Part shown: piece by piece, positions 1 through 14,200 of the stretch | Position numbering within the stretch: the first letter of the stretch is position 1 | How the letters are laid out: every line of letters begins with the position of its first letter | Assembly (NCBI GenBank): GCA_977020255.1 | Contig: CDROCS010003074.1 | Coordinates: 248,001 to 312,000, forward strand | Length of the DNA stretch: 64,000 nt | Reading direction: 5' to 3' | Source: Obrimoposthia wandeli | Taxonomy: Eukaryota | Position numbers and translations under genes: made by a program | Notes under the pieces: generated by a model | Told to the model about the DNA's origin: nothing | Seen by the model: the letters and a program-made list of their open reading frames with translations, nothing else | The model's database searches: none

Positions 1-2223
1 GAGGTTGGTGTCACATAAGTTTGCAGTTTATGCAAATATAGCTTTCTTCAGCAACAGAGGTGTCAAAAACATACCATATTTTCGAGAATTCAAAGGCTTG
101 TGATAAATTGGGCTGGCTGTTTTGACTCTAAATTAGACATTCATCACAAGATGTTTGGAATGATCAAACTTAACGATGAAAATTAGTTCCCAACCTCTAT
201 TATGTGCTGATAATCTTCTATATCTTCAAGAATGATTCTTTTCCAATATGGTTTTTGTCGTGTAGGGAATACGTTTGCTCAGACTTATCTGACCTTCTTA
301 TACTTGAGTGTGAACACGAATTTTTTATTTAATCTTGTTCTCGCGTTTGTATTGTTTGATGGCTGCCGTTGGTGAAATGTTACAGGTGTGGTAACACTTT
401 AGCAAAAAATAATCTCACATCCAAATGCGTATTTTTTGTAAATAATCTTTAATTGTTTCCCTTGGACGATGAAAAAATAGGAAATTGTTTTGAAAGAAAA
501 GAAACAATTTTTCAGAAGTATGTGGCTAAAGAACCAGTAAACTATTATTTATCAAAAAATATTTTCGTTGGTTTCTGAACCACCTGTGTGTATGTGAATC
601 CAAATTGCAGAATTCATTCATCTGCATCTGTGATGCAATGATAAAAGAGATAGTGACTTCCTTTTGTTAAAATAGCAGAAGAAGCCCATCTCAAAGAAGC
701 ATTCCAGACCAATTAAAATATTTCCCAGAGAAGTGTGTTGCCAACATAAATGTATCGAATCTGGGACGTGGTACAACCATAATCAGATTACCCTATATCT
801 GGAAAAAGAAAGAGAATTAATGATCAGTCTGCTTATTTTTGGCACATTCCTCTCACATGGAGCCGTGCAATTTCTATTCTCTGGAAGAGGTTGGGAATCA
901 TCGCTCGAAGTCGTTGCTCCAACTCAAACTTCTTTTTTCTATATCAGACAAACAAGCAAACGTTTAAGACTCGAAATTACCATTATTTTGTTAATTCGTG
1001 CAATAAAATTATTTTAATTTTAAAGAACTTCTCACTTATAATAGTTTTAACCGCTTTTCAAAATAATCTTATTTTGAATATGTTAAAAATTGTTATATTA
1101 TGAGCGTATTTTAATTCATAGTCTCATGCTTAAGTTTAACTATTTTATTATTTTTCTGGGTACCTATATCAAATTAACTATAATTTCTGAAAATAATCAG
1201 TATCAGTTATGTTTATATAATTATTTCTGATATTTCTTCTAAAGTGATTTTTATAATCAACTGAAAAAATATTATTTAATAAAGTGATATAGAAATTAAT
1301 CATATGTCTCCGTATCTAAATAAGTAGAAATTAAAAAAAAGTTCTTTAAAAAATTTAAAATATTCTATATATATATATTTATATATCTTAAAATAAATAT
1401 ATTTTAACTTAATGCATATGGGTCTGTAAAATCTTTGCATAAGTTCTTTAAAAGATTTAATAATTTTATTATAGATATAGCAAACAACGCTTAATGCGAA
1501 CAAATTTGACATATTTTTGTTGTTCTCACTATCGATAGTTAACTATATAAATACAAAACAGATTTTTCGTTTTTTCTGTTATTTTGTCATTCCCATGTAC
1601 ATAATATCCCAATAGTTGTTACACAAATAAACGTAGCGAGCATAAAAGCCAAAACACAAATATAACTAATACTATTTTATACAACTATAACATTTATTTC
1701 CTCCCATTGACTCTCTTAGTATCAAAAGCATAGAGAGATAGCGGTGTCTAATTCATCACAAAGATATTACATAAAAAAGGCTACTCCAAGTTCATTTTTT
1801 TGCGTCAATTACCTGGGCACAAGACATGACGCTAAATTCATTATGCTGTTTGACATTGGCATTCATTAAAGCTACTATCTCATTATTATTCTTCTGAACG
1901 ATCTCTGAGAGTCTTCTAGGGACCTTTAACAATGCGGTTTTAAATTTATTTTCCCCCAATTCGTAATATATATTAACCCATTAGTTGTTAAAAAAGTAGA
2001 TGTATTTAGCAAAGACAACAATACAAAAGTTTATTTCATAAATTTTTACACCACCATACAAGCTATAAAACTAACGTAAATAATTAACTAGGAAACATTT
2101 TTAAAGTAAATACTAATGAATAATAATACCAAAAATGGCATAGCTTTAGTAAATAAATTTTGCAGTAAATAGGAAAAGGAATATGTGAACTATGTGTACC
2201 TTAATAGACAGGATATATATGAT

Positions 2224-3830
2224 TGTAGATAGTTTTGTTTTCTATCGTAGATATAATTCCAAAGTTAGATTCCACAACACAATTTATATTATACAGGTTT
2301 AAATATGAAGTTATAAACAAATATTGCCAGTGGGATATTTCCGGTTTCTGATTACATAACACTCCCCCTCACTATTCAAACTTGCACTTCTTCAACCATT
2401 TGGTTCTCCTAGAGAGTAATTCTCTAGAAACTAGTCACTGGTCACTATTCTTGCTTCTTTTAATTGGGTCCCTTTAACAAGCACCTTTTCATTTACTTCA
2501 AATTTTATTTCCCCTCTTCTTTCATTATCTAACTTCTCTAACTTTGCAGCTAAGATTTGTTGGTTCTGCCTTACGTCTTGAATGATATTCTCTTTATGGT
2601 TTGTTGTTGCACTTGATGCTAGAACTTTTCTTTTTCTTCCATAAATGACCTGAAACGGTGAACGTTTTGAAGAACTATTTACTGTTGCATTTATAGAAAA
2701 TTCAATTTGTGACAACAAATCGTACCAGAAATTTCCTGTTTTAGTAGACGCTATCTCTGCTGTGCGTTTAACTCTCTCTGCAGGACCTTTAGCTTGATGT
2801 TGATAAGGTACTGTAAGCTCTTGTTCATTACCAAATTTTCGTAGCCAATTCTGAAAATAATTTCAGTAAATATTCGTCTTATCTATGTTAAAATGCTCTT
2901 AGCTTTCCAAAATTTATATATTGAATTTGTGCTCTAGTACTTGTAATTTCATTTTCTTTGTAGTTGCTGATAGTGATACCAGTTTACAAAATCGATAGAT
3001 TGCTATCAACTTATATTTATTTTTAGATCTTACTTCCTTCATGCGGGCTATATTGACAATCATTTGATCTAAAAAAATTCTTTGACTATAGGAATTTACA
3101 TTTATTTTGTTCTGCTTGTTTTAATTTTTCTTTTGGCACAATGAATGAATTTTGATATACATTCTTTTATTTCTTGAAACATTCCTTTGAAATATAAGTA
3201 ATCTTTCATATAGTTATAAACCTTTTACCTTCCTAGATGACAAAGATATTGGTGGATTTCATTAATTATTTCATTAGAGTTCTTCAGAGATATGACAATT
3301 AAATCTTTTTTTTTTTTCAAAAAAAGGATATTATCGCAGAGTTTATGTTTTTCTTTAATCTGATAAATCCACCATATTTCGTATTATTCTGATAAATTAT
3401 TACTTTCTAGTTAGACATTTCCTTCAGGTGAATATCTTCATTTCTTTCACGTGAATATCTCCATGTTTTATTTTTCGTATCTTACTCAAGAAGTTGTCTT
3501 CATTTAGTGAGTGAATATATCGCATTTTATATCTATCTCAGTTTCACACTGAGCACAGACAGTTTCATTCAATCTTGGCATGCCTTTGGCATTACCACAG
3601 TCAATATCTTTATTATGTTCTAAATTAAAATTAAATTCTGATAAATTTGCTAGCCAAGTTTTGAATTGAGGACTAATTGTTTTTTTCGTTGTTCTTAAAA
3701 ACACCAATGTTTTGGGATCTGTTCTTGCCAAAAATTCTGTTTCAATAAATATTTTTTGAAATGTAAAGTAAATTTGAATACTGATTTAAGTTTTTTGTTG
3801 TAACATAATAGCCTTTTTCATGAGAAAACA
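2224..3830 (-). mobile_element. Degenerate Ty3/Gypsy LTR retrotransposon remnant (RNase H/integrase fragments, PPT, short 3' LTR ~2224-2361)
   Basis: Minus-strand fragments SKRSPFQVIYGRK and LANLSEFNFNLEH...CGNAKGMPRL; PPT gagggggag abuts tgttatgt; a paralogous copy lies at 8279-9680. Confidence 0.8.
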
Positions 3831-3839
3831 AATGTCTTG

Positions 3840-4700
3840 AAGAGTATGCAATCAATTTTTCGGTTCTCATTTCATTCAATTTGCATAATACTGACTCAAT
3901 CGCACCAAAGCTTGTGTCTGTATCAATTATTTATTTTTTATTTCGACTGGGAAAGTCAAATATGGGAACTGTTGTTAATTTTTCTTTCAGAAGTGCAAAA
4001 CTTGCTTTACAATTCAGTGATCATATAGCGGTAATAGTTTTCCGCTACCTTGAATTTACCCCATTTTTACAGTTTGTCAATAAATCTGCAGTCATACTTG
4101 TTGCTCCTAACATGGATATGTATGCTCGCTTCACCAAGCTCGACAAGATAATTAGCTTTTGTGAGGAAGAATTTTGATAATAAGCAGTTACCTTAAATTC
4201 AATTCGGGTTTTAAAAGCTTTATCAAATGTTCACTTGTATTAGCACCTTTCTTTATTTTCAGTATAATTCTGACTTTATTAAAATTTTTTGCAAGCTACT
4301 AAATTGATAAACTAGAATATAAAACAATAAAGAATTTTGAAAATCAAATCTTGATATAATAATCGAATGCATTAGCATTGTAGTTATGTCATTATTAAGG
4401 TATTTTCTTATTAGTAAGTAGGTGGATGTATTCGGTCTAATGCTCCCCCCTCCCCCTCCTCTCGGGGGAGGGGCTACCACTGTCCTTTAAACCGTGCAGG
4501 TGTGTGGAGTGAAACTTAGTGTATGTGTGTAGGGAAAAGATTTGAAAAATTGAAAAAGCATCGAATAGGAGTGGGAGGTGGATTAGACCGGACATATCCA
4601 CCTACTTTAGTAAACTCTTTCTAGTATGATTTTTGCGTGTTTTTAATATTTTGATAATTTGATAATTCATTCTAATGTTTTCAATCAAAGTATTTTATTT
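3840..4700 (-). mobile_element. L2/CR1-clade LINE 3' fragment, interrupted by the 190-bp mini-element
   Basis: IRKYLNNDITTMLMHSIIISRFDFQNSLL resembles the RT C-terminal SRLDYCNSLL region. Related copies lie at about 6370-6860, 12450-12830 (+), 20090-20370, 44330-44560, 48640-49050 and 54480-54760. Confidence 0.75.
4417..4606. mobile_element. 190-bp non-autonomous element with Polinton-type termini
   Basis: 25-bp imperfect TIRs (agtaggtggatgtattcggtctaat / attagaccggacatatccacctact), exact 6-bp TSD ttagta (4411-4416, 4607-4612); other L2 copies lack the insert. Confidence 0.8.
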
Positions 4701-5161
4701 TTATTTTTTAAATTATTATATTTTTCTCGTCATGTCTAAAACACTTTTTTTCTTTTATACGAGTTTTCATTAGGTATTTTAAGTATCAGGATCTGAGACA
4801 GTGTTATCAAATATAACAGTTTGTTTGGACAAAGGCTTGAACTTTTAAACCCCTTCAGCTCCTTTTCAATGATTCCAATAATTTCCAATTATTTAAGAGT
4901 ATTTCATTAATAACAGATCTGGAAGAATCATTAGTACACATTTTCAATTCTTCAAATATGTTCATACAATTTCCTTTACGCTAGGCAATGCCATTTCAGT
5001 TGAATGGTAACTGTATTAGGCTGATTGGGAAATAAGAAGTAAATGATTTATTTCTAAATAACTTCTTCACTGTATCGAAACCAATCTTGCAAGAAATTGT
5101 GACAGAAATGAGCGATTTGAAATCTCAAATATACATTGCCTTTATTTTTATTTTTATTCAG

Positions 5162-5279
5162 ATTGAAAGAAAACGTCACGTTGGTAACGATATCGTCAAT
5201 ATCATTTACATTGACGGTGTTCAAGATGAACCTTTCGAACGATATTGGACTCCATCGATGATGAAGACTCATTTCACTC
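5162..5279 (+). CDS. GARNL3: GARNL3-like exon (RapGAP: IERKRHVGNDIVNIIYIDG...MMKTHFT)
   Basis: ttcag acceptor, gtgagt donor, 118 nt, phase 0 to 1. Confidence 0.92.
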
Positions 5280-8200
5280 GTGAGTTCATTATGTATTCTC
5301 AGTAGGGCAGAATGGGGCTGATGTCAGTAAATGTGAATCTTTGTAATGCATGACATTTTTTAGGACACTCTTTGTTTTTTGATGACAAGTTAATTACGTG
5401 CTATGACCGTTACGATTATAGACTTGGAAGTACAACGAATTTTTAAATTTAATGTTAATGTTCTTATTTTATGAAATAATACATTTGTAATCAAAACTCA
5501 CGAACACATTAGTTTATAATTAGTAAAGAATACGATATATTTATAAAGTGCTGGAATCTAATTCAAATGCTTTTCCCCCAGAATCGTGCCATAATGCTTA
5601 TTTAATAGAAATGCCTTCAACATTATTTACAAAGTATTTAAATATTTTGCAATTTTTAATCAAAGCTATTTGCACCGAAAACTTCAAAAATTGTTCATTT
5701 TCGTTTTTGTTAATTGAAAGTCTTTATTAATAGTTTTTGTATTGTTTCAATTCTTCAAATAACTTAGTTTCTCATATGTTGTGATTTTCTGAATCTTTAG
5801 AAGAACTCGAATGTAATTCTCACTCCAATGAATGTTAATAAGATAATGGGTGCACGGACATTTCCGACTCGAACGTTTCCAACTGGCCTTTTTAAAGTAG
5901 GATGTTTCGGACTTAGTAGTGTTTTGTGGGGTTCTTTCTATTAGTTTTCTTTTTAGTCAAATTAGAAAGAGATAGTTAATTTGCAGAAAAGTTAAGTTTT
6001 GTTTAATTTATAATAAATACAGATTAAAAAGACCACATAGCGGTAGATATTGAACTGTGGCGCCATTCAATGAAAAGCCAACCAAAGACAAACATAATCA
6101 AATTTTCACATTATCTAATGCTACTGCTCCGGACGAGGTCAAAGCCAAGCTCACAGTTGCTGATATAGTTAAAAAGAGTACTCTAAAGCAGCTGACCATT
6201 GCTAATCATTGGTGCCATACCACTAGTGGAAATCCTACCAAATTTCTCGCGTACGATAAAAGCACAGATTCTGACGAACGTGTTATCGTATTTTCCACTG
6301 GCAACGTGTCGCCTCTTGTGACACTAGGTCGGAAACCGGGTGTTATCCGTCTGTGGCGAAAGTTGACTTTAAACGAGGTATATATGTTCATATTCAGTAC
6401 TGTTTCTACTACCTGACTCAGTCAATATGGCGAAAAATATTTGTTAATTGTGAATTTTTTACAAATCTGTTGTCATCATTGCTGCTCCTAAGATGTATAT
6501 ACATGCTCACTGTACCAGGCTTGAGAAGATTATATATCTTTATTTGAACTTTTGTGAGAGAATATATTTTTGATAATAAGTAGAACCTTAAATTCAATTC
6601 TGATATTGATCGACAGCCAATGGAGCTTCATTGAATGTTCACTTGTACTTACACTTTTATTTAATTTGAAAAGAATTCTGGTGGCTTTGTTTAAATTTCT
6701 GTAAGCAATCTAATTGATAAATTGGAATATTAAACAGTAAAGGATTTTGGAAACCGTTTTGATATACTTATCGCAGTTGTTAGCATTGTAATTTTACCAA
6801 AGTTAGGTATTTTCTTATTATATAAATCTTTTTGATATGACTGTTAAATATCCCTATAACTAATTATTTGATAATGTTTTCATCAAGGATGCAACCCATA
6901 TTCTTTAATTTAGTTTTAATAAATACAAACATTTTCCTGACATGTTTACAGCTCTTTTTTCTTAAATACGATTTATATTTATACTTGAATTCAAAAAATA
7001 TAGGTTCAGTTTTATTTCATTCATATTCAATTGTCTTGATTTCGTTCATATAGCTATTTCCACAATAATATTTTCCATTTATAATCCAGTATAAAGGTGA
7101 AAATAAATATTAAATTTCTTAATAATCGCTGCGACCGACAAATTATATTTTGAATATATTTCTCAGATAATAATAGTCAATTTGTATTTTGTTATTTATC
7201 TGCTGAGTCACCGACATACCCTCGCTGAATAAACTAAAACACTTTTAACACTATTGGGCTATGTTTTTAAGGTTTCAAATTGAATCAGATAGAAGGATGT
7301 TGGTTGAACTAGGATCTTAATATTAGTGTAAATGTCGTACTTTTTGGTTATTTTATAATTTTGAACATTTTACAAACATTTATTCCGTTCTTCAAAATTT
7401 TAGTTAATACTCAATTTTCATATTCAGACATATTTGCCATTGTGACCTTCAATAGACCTAAAGGAGTATACAGGTATGTACATCATTTTTTAAAAATAAA
7501 AACAACAATTTAAAACAAATAATGTCAAATATTTCAATATCAGGTTCTTTTAGGATACAGAAAGTCAAAAAGTCATCTACAGACTGTAGCCTTCGTAACC
7601 TGACAAGATTTTACATCTATCGACACAATTTTACTGAATTCCAAAAGATATTTCAGAAATGCAGCATTAGAGAACCCCTTGACCAATCGCCAATCTTAAT
7701 CGAGGCTTGTAAAAGGCATATACAGTCAGACCTCTACATAACGAACACTGTACATAACGAACACTTTATTTTAACGAACGGTAAACCAAAATTCCCTGGA
7801 TTTTTATTGCTTTTTTATTGCTACCCAAGAATTGAAAAACATTTTAGCTTCTAAAAAACCAAAAGACATTACTGACTGTATTTGGTTAGGAAAAAATAAA
7901 TACATGTCTTATTGTAGTTTATTTTGTTTTATAAATAAAAGTTTATTAAATTGTTCGTTCCTTTTTTTAACGAACATGGAATTTTTTGAAAAGTTGGTGT
8001 TCGTTATGTAGAGGTCTGACTGTACTTAGTTTGACACTTCTATAGTCTAATTATTAACTTTTAAACACTTCGTTTTCATAAAAATTAATATTTTTGCGCA
8101 AATATTTTGAATTTAAAAGAGATTTAGTTAAATGAAATGTTATACTATATATGCCTTTATACAGAAGACATTAACTTATCACATTTGACAGACGATATTG

Positions 8201-11200
8201 AACCAATAAAAATCTATGTTGTTTTATTAGTTTTCATTTTAAGGCATTTCGAATGTTTGTAAAGTTGAGTTTTTCAATTGTAGAGTTATGTTTTTTATCG
8301 TAGATATAATTCAAATGAATCAGATTTAAAAAAAAACACAAGATTAATTCAATGTATACAGGAATTTTATGAACGTATATTTTCGGTAAGATATTTCCGG
8401 CTTCTGATTACATAACTCTCACCTTCACTATTCGAACTTGCATTTCTGCAATGATTTGATTCTCTTGTAAACTGAATTAATAACTGTCGTGGACTTAAAA
8501 ATACTATTATCCTATATGGGCATTCATACTGGTCGCTAACTTTGTTTCTTTTAATTGGGTCCCTTTTAACAAGCAACTTTTCATTAACTTAAAATATCCT
8601 TTCGCTCTTCTTTCATTATCTTACTTCTCTAACTTTTCAGCTGCGATTTGTTGGTTCTTTCTTACTTCTTGAATGATTTTTCTTTATTGTTTGTTGTTGC
8701 ACTTGATGTTTGAATTTTTCATTTTCTTCCATAAATGATTTCAAATGGTGAATATTTTGAAGAGTTATTTACTGTTGCATTTACAGAAAATTCAATAAAT
8801 CGTACCAGCATTTTCTTGTTTTAACAATCACAAACACTCTCCCGAAAATATCCCAAACTTTTTTCGGTTTGTTTAAATTTTTCTTTTGGCCCAATAAACG
8901 CATTTTTATATGCATTCTTTTATTTCTTGAAATATTCCATTCAAATAGAAGTTATCTTTGATATAGTTATAAATCTTTTGCATTCCTAAGTGACAAATAT
9001 ATTGGTGAATTTCATTCATAATTTCATAAGTGTTCTTCGGAGGTATGATAATTAAATCTGTAAAGTTTTGTTCAAAATAAAAGATATCATCACAGAGTTT
9101 AAGTTTCTCTCTTATCTGATAAATCCAACTTATTTTGCATTCTTCTGATAAATTCTTACTTTCTAGTTAGAAGAACACTTACATTTCTTTCAAGTGAATA
9201 TATTGAAGTTGTATTTTCTTATCTTACTCAAGAAGTTGTCTTCATTTAGTGAGTGAATATATCGTATTTTAGATATTTTCGCTTCTCCGTTTATATGTTT
9301 AGCTTCACGCTGAGCACAGACTGTTTCATTCCATCTTGATATGCTATCGGTATTACCAGTCAATAACTTTATTATGTTCTAAATTAAAATTAAATTCTGA
9401 TCAATTTTCCAGCCACGTTTGAAATTAAGGACTGAATGGTTTTTGCGTCGTTCTTAAAAACACGTATGTTTTATGATCTTGCCAAAAATTCTGTTCCATA
9501 TAAATATTGTTTGAAATGCATAATAAATTCGTATACTGCTAAAAGTTCTTTTCTGGTAACACAATATCCTTTCTCATGGGAAGTCAGATGTCTTGAAGCG
9601 TATGCAATCGCTTTTTCGTTTCTCATTTCATCCAGTTGGCTCAATACTGCCCCAATCGCACCACAGCTGGCGTATGCATTAATTATAAATACCAACACTA
9701 CTGACATGATTTGCCTAAATAAGAATAATTAATACAATTAACTAGCGTGATCCAAAAGTAATGGGTTATGGAGTTATTTCATGTCGAAAATGATTGGTCT
9801 CTAAAAGAATAAGTTCAGAACTTTAATAATATATACTTGAGTATCAATTACTTATGCCATTCTTTGAAACATTTTTGGTTTACCAACAAGACAATGCACA
9901 AATGCACGTATCTAGGTCAACTTTTGTATGGTTAAATTATATAAATATTCGATATTTGGACTGGCTAACTTTGCTTTCTGATCTATCTGTAATTGAGAAT
10001 ATTTGGGAATTACATCTAAGAAAGTGATTAAAGAAAAATGATAAACTATTAGCACAGACGTTTATCAAATTTAGCTTTAAAATCAGTGTAGTGACCTAAA
10101 TATATTATTAACCCGTCCACATGCGTCTAAATTTGCATTGTATTTGTTCATAATATAAGTGAAACAAATATTTAGTTATTAATAGTTGAAGATTAGAATC
10201 GTGTATAATTTTTAAAAACTTCATTCTTTAAAGTGAGTATAAAAATTGATAAAAAAAGCAAAGTGCTTTAAAGTTAATAATTAGACTTTATATGTATTTA
10301 CAAGACGTACACTTAACAATACCAAACAACTCCATATGACTTTCATAGTGGTGTAAGTTTGAAGTGGTAGGGAAAGTTGAAAATGGATCTTGAACCTGAA
10401 ATATTGCCAACTTCATTAATGATTCTTTCACAGAGTTTAACGTATAAGTATACTCAGCGTTTTGAGACTCACATAAGATATTGAAATACTTAAGAAAATG
10501 TGATACCAGAAGGCCTCAACTTCTTTAAACCCCCTTAACATTCTTTCCTATTTTTGTTGCAATGATAAGTGGTAAAATCTTTGTCTATCCATAGTAAATT
10601 TTCTAGCATTAACTGATCTTGCATGGAAATGTTTGCTCTGTGGGTTTTCCAGATCAAACCACAGTGAAGATAATGGATCGTGGAAGACATATGATCATCA
10701 TGTGTGTGCTTGCTGCCACGTTTCATTCCCAAATTATTCAATCGTACCTTATTGAGTTACTGGTAGAAAGATATTTAGCAATTATGGGGAATTTCCTCTC
10801 ACCTATTTCAACGGGAAGAAGCCTATCCCAATTGGATATTTGTTTACTCCAAATTTCTTTCACATTTAATTGATTTGTTTGCTTGGCTTACATGAAACCC
10901 TGACTTAACTATACTACACTATTTTTACTACTCTGTTTACTACAGATAAGGTTTTTGAAAAGTCTCTTAAATCTATTGAACAACTACGGCTATTTATAAA
11001 TATTGTTCGTCGAAAAATGATTGAAAACTTTTTGAAAATTTATATAAGGGACTTGAGGTGGCGATTGTTTTTTAAGAAATATAGTTTTGTTTCTATAAAT
11101 CTTTCTCATCGTCATTGTTGTTAAAGTTACATTAATAAAGTTGCACAATTATAATGACATCTAGTCAGAACTTAGTACCCACATTTTATAAAAGCATAGT

Positions 11201-14200
11201 TAAATATTTGATGATTGATGGAAAATGTGCCCCAATCAACTTTTGCATGTATTTGTAAACACTGGATAAGACTTGGGGGTAGACTGTGGAGGGTGCAGTT
11301 TTTGTTCTGGAAATAACTGCATCCACTCATGCTGCATCTCTATCTTGATAAATAGTGAACACAATTCAGCTACGTATACATGATAAATGCATAATACACA
11401 TTCATAATTCTTCGTTGAGTTATTGGGAGACATTACGGGCCGCGATAGTTCAGCTGTAGAAAGCAGTTAATTTTCTTCTAAACAAATCATCTACAATATC
11501 TTGTGTGGACTGAGCATGAAAACGGGTATTGTACAATATTTCTCACGGTTAGTATCTCGGCGGCTAATAATCTGTAGTAATCTATGTTGTGTAACATTAT
11601 CAAATAGTGGGGTCCGAGATTCTAAGCGGGCTGCAATGTCAACTGACATCAGGTTATTTTGTGTAACATTATATTCAGACTCAGCGTATTCTCAGAGGAG
11701 TCAGTACCTTTGTTTGGACCTCCTTTGCCATTTCCCGCGGAGTTCACGAATAAATTTGAATTCCGAGAATTCCTACTCGTGAAATGTGAGTTGATATTTT
11801 AACATATTTTTCTTTTCGGTGCCTCAAATTAAATGATCGTTACAATTTGATAAATCGATTTTCAAGCGAGAAATATGGGGAAACATTTTTGAATTTACGC
11901 TATAACAATTTTAACTTTCCATCAGTGATCAATGGAGAAAAGGCCGCATTCCATACGCCGGTGTTTGCAGATAAGCGAGAGAGGACAATGGAAATGCTTC
12001 TCCAGAACATATTGCATCAGAATATCAGCGAAAACGTGAGTATCTCTTCAGATTTGTCTGACCATCCACTAAATCACGATTCGAAAAGTATATATTAACC
12101 CATTTAACAAATTGAAAACCGTCCGTGGAAGCAATTAGCAGTCTTGCATGTGCTTATATCGAATCCAGTATCAAATAAACATTTTCAAACTTTTAATTTG
12201 GATTGTGAGCAAAGAAATGATAAATGATTTTGTATAGAGATTTAAATCATTTAAAATTTAATTGTTTATAAAGTATTTGATGTCTATATTTACGACTGGT
12301 TAATTGCATCTGAAATATATACAAAATGTCGTATAATATTTCAAATATTTAAATAATAGGAAAACTAAAAAGTTATAGAAATCCGTTAATCACTCTTTCA
12401 AATAAAATGGATTATTTATTCAGAAATACAATATTGATTTCCACTTTTATTACAAATGTATGTTGAATTGGATTCAAATGACTATGAAATCACATTTCTA
12501 TATTATTTGGATCTAAGAATAACAGAAAACAGAAAATTCAATTTCATACCTGTCAGTACAAATATAAAAAAGTTCAGTTGTGTCTTCGAAGAAAATGCTA
12601 CAATGAATTGTCAAATTAATAAACATAGCAACAGTAATATCAAAAAGATTTATCTAATAAAAATACTTTAATAAAAGATAACTGCAATGTTAACGTGTGC
12701 AATTTTTGCATCAAGTCTTGAATTTCAAAATGGTTTACTATTTAATATACCAGATAATCAATTAAATCGATTGAAAACAATTTTAAACGAAGTTATCATA
12801 AATTTATTATATATTTGCACTATATTAAATATATTATTGTTGTTTTTGTAAAATTTTCGAATTACCAATTACGATTAAAATTAGCTGATAAAATAAATCT
12901 GAAAAATTTACATTTTAATTGTCTTTTAAAATACAGCAGAGCTACATACTCAATCGAAGAGCGTTCAGCGATATAGTTCTTGATCATGGCAACGGAATTT
13001 CCACTACCAAAGAAATGACAAGAAACGACGCATTCATCAAATTTGGTCAAGTTAGTATAAAGTTTTTGTATTCCAAACTTCTGATAGCTATTGTTACTTT
13101 TTTCTATTAAGTCAAAGTCTATATTAAAATAGGAATCACAAAAAATAAAAGCACAAACAGGGAACTCAAATTTTGAAAACATTGTTGTGGATNNNNNNNN
13201 NNNNNNNNNNNNNNNNNNNNNNNNNNNNNNNNNNNNNNNNNNNNNNNNNNNNNNNNNNNNNNNNNNNNNNNNNNNNNNNNNNNNNNNNNNNNNNNNNNNN
13301 NNNNNNNNNNNNNNNNNNNNNNNNNNNNNNNNNNNNNNNNNNNNNNNNNNNNNNNNNNNNNNNNNNNNNNNNNNNNNNNNNNNNNNNNNNNNNNNNNNNN
13401 NNNNNNNNNNNNNNNNNNNNNNNNNNNNNNNNNNNNNNNNNNNNNNNNNNNNNNNNNNNNNNNNNNNNNNNNNNNNNNNNNNNNNNNNNNNNNNNNNNNN
13501 NNNNNNNNNNNNNNNNNNNNNNNNNNNNNNNNNNNNNNNNNNNNNNNNNNNNNNNNNNNNNNNNNNNNNNNNNNNNNNNNNNNNNNNNNNNNNNNNNNNN
13601 NNNNNNNNNNNNNNNNNNNNNNNNNNNNNNNNNNNNNNNNNNNNNNNNNNNNNNNNNNNNNNGAAGTGGATGTGGATGTGGATGTGGATGTGGATGTGGA
13701 TGTGGATGTGGATGTATCATGGGACTTTGATCGGGTTTCTCATATGAAACCTGACTTAATCTGCCATGGAGATTGATTTAGTTCTGTTCTGACATTATAA
13801 ATTATTTCTCTCTATCTAGTCCATAAATCAGCCAGGCTATGAAGAACACAACTAGTATCCAGTGGTCTTAATCAACCTAATTTGACTCGCTAACCGATAA
13901 CGGCGTTTGAGAAATTCCAGTTATGCTAATGGACTGTAGAAATATTTCTAATATTTTATATGGTTTAAAGCCGAATTTGTTTCTTTTTTATTCTGAACTT
14001 TCTGACAATTTGGGCCTCCATTGGGCCTTCAACAATGTTACCTAAAACCAAAAATCTTAATATCGTATTATAACAAAATGTGTTGCATATTTTACCAATT
14101 TGCTCTCTTAGATGCGTCTGCGACATCGTTCAGGACGTGGATTAAGTGCGTTTTCATACATTTTTCATGTTGATATTCAGTTTTAATTATGGCATTCCTT

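Noticed and set aside
4445-4461. 17-nt C/T tract that is the exact mirror (reverse, not complement) of 63825-63841
   Set aside because: Low-complexity sequence with no mechanism for mirror copying; treated as coincidence.
5364-5430. Candidate exon encoding ...YDYRL
   Set aside because: The 46-nt exon at 7428-7473 fits phase, splice signals and the HIFA motif much better.
13166-13747. Long ORFs with PH/CG/WM dipeptide runs
   Set aside because: Artefacts of translating the N gap and the hexamer microsatellite.
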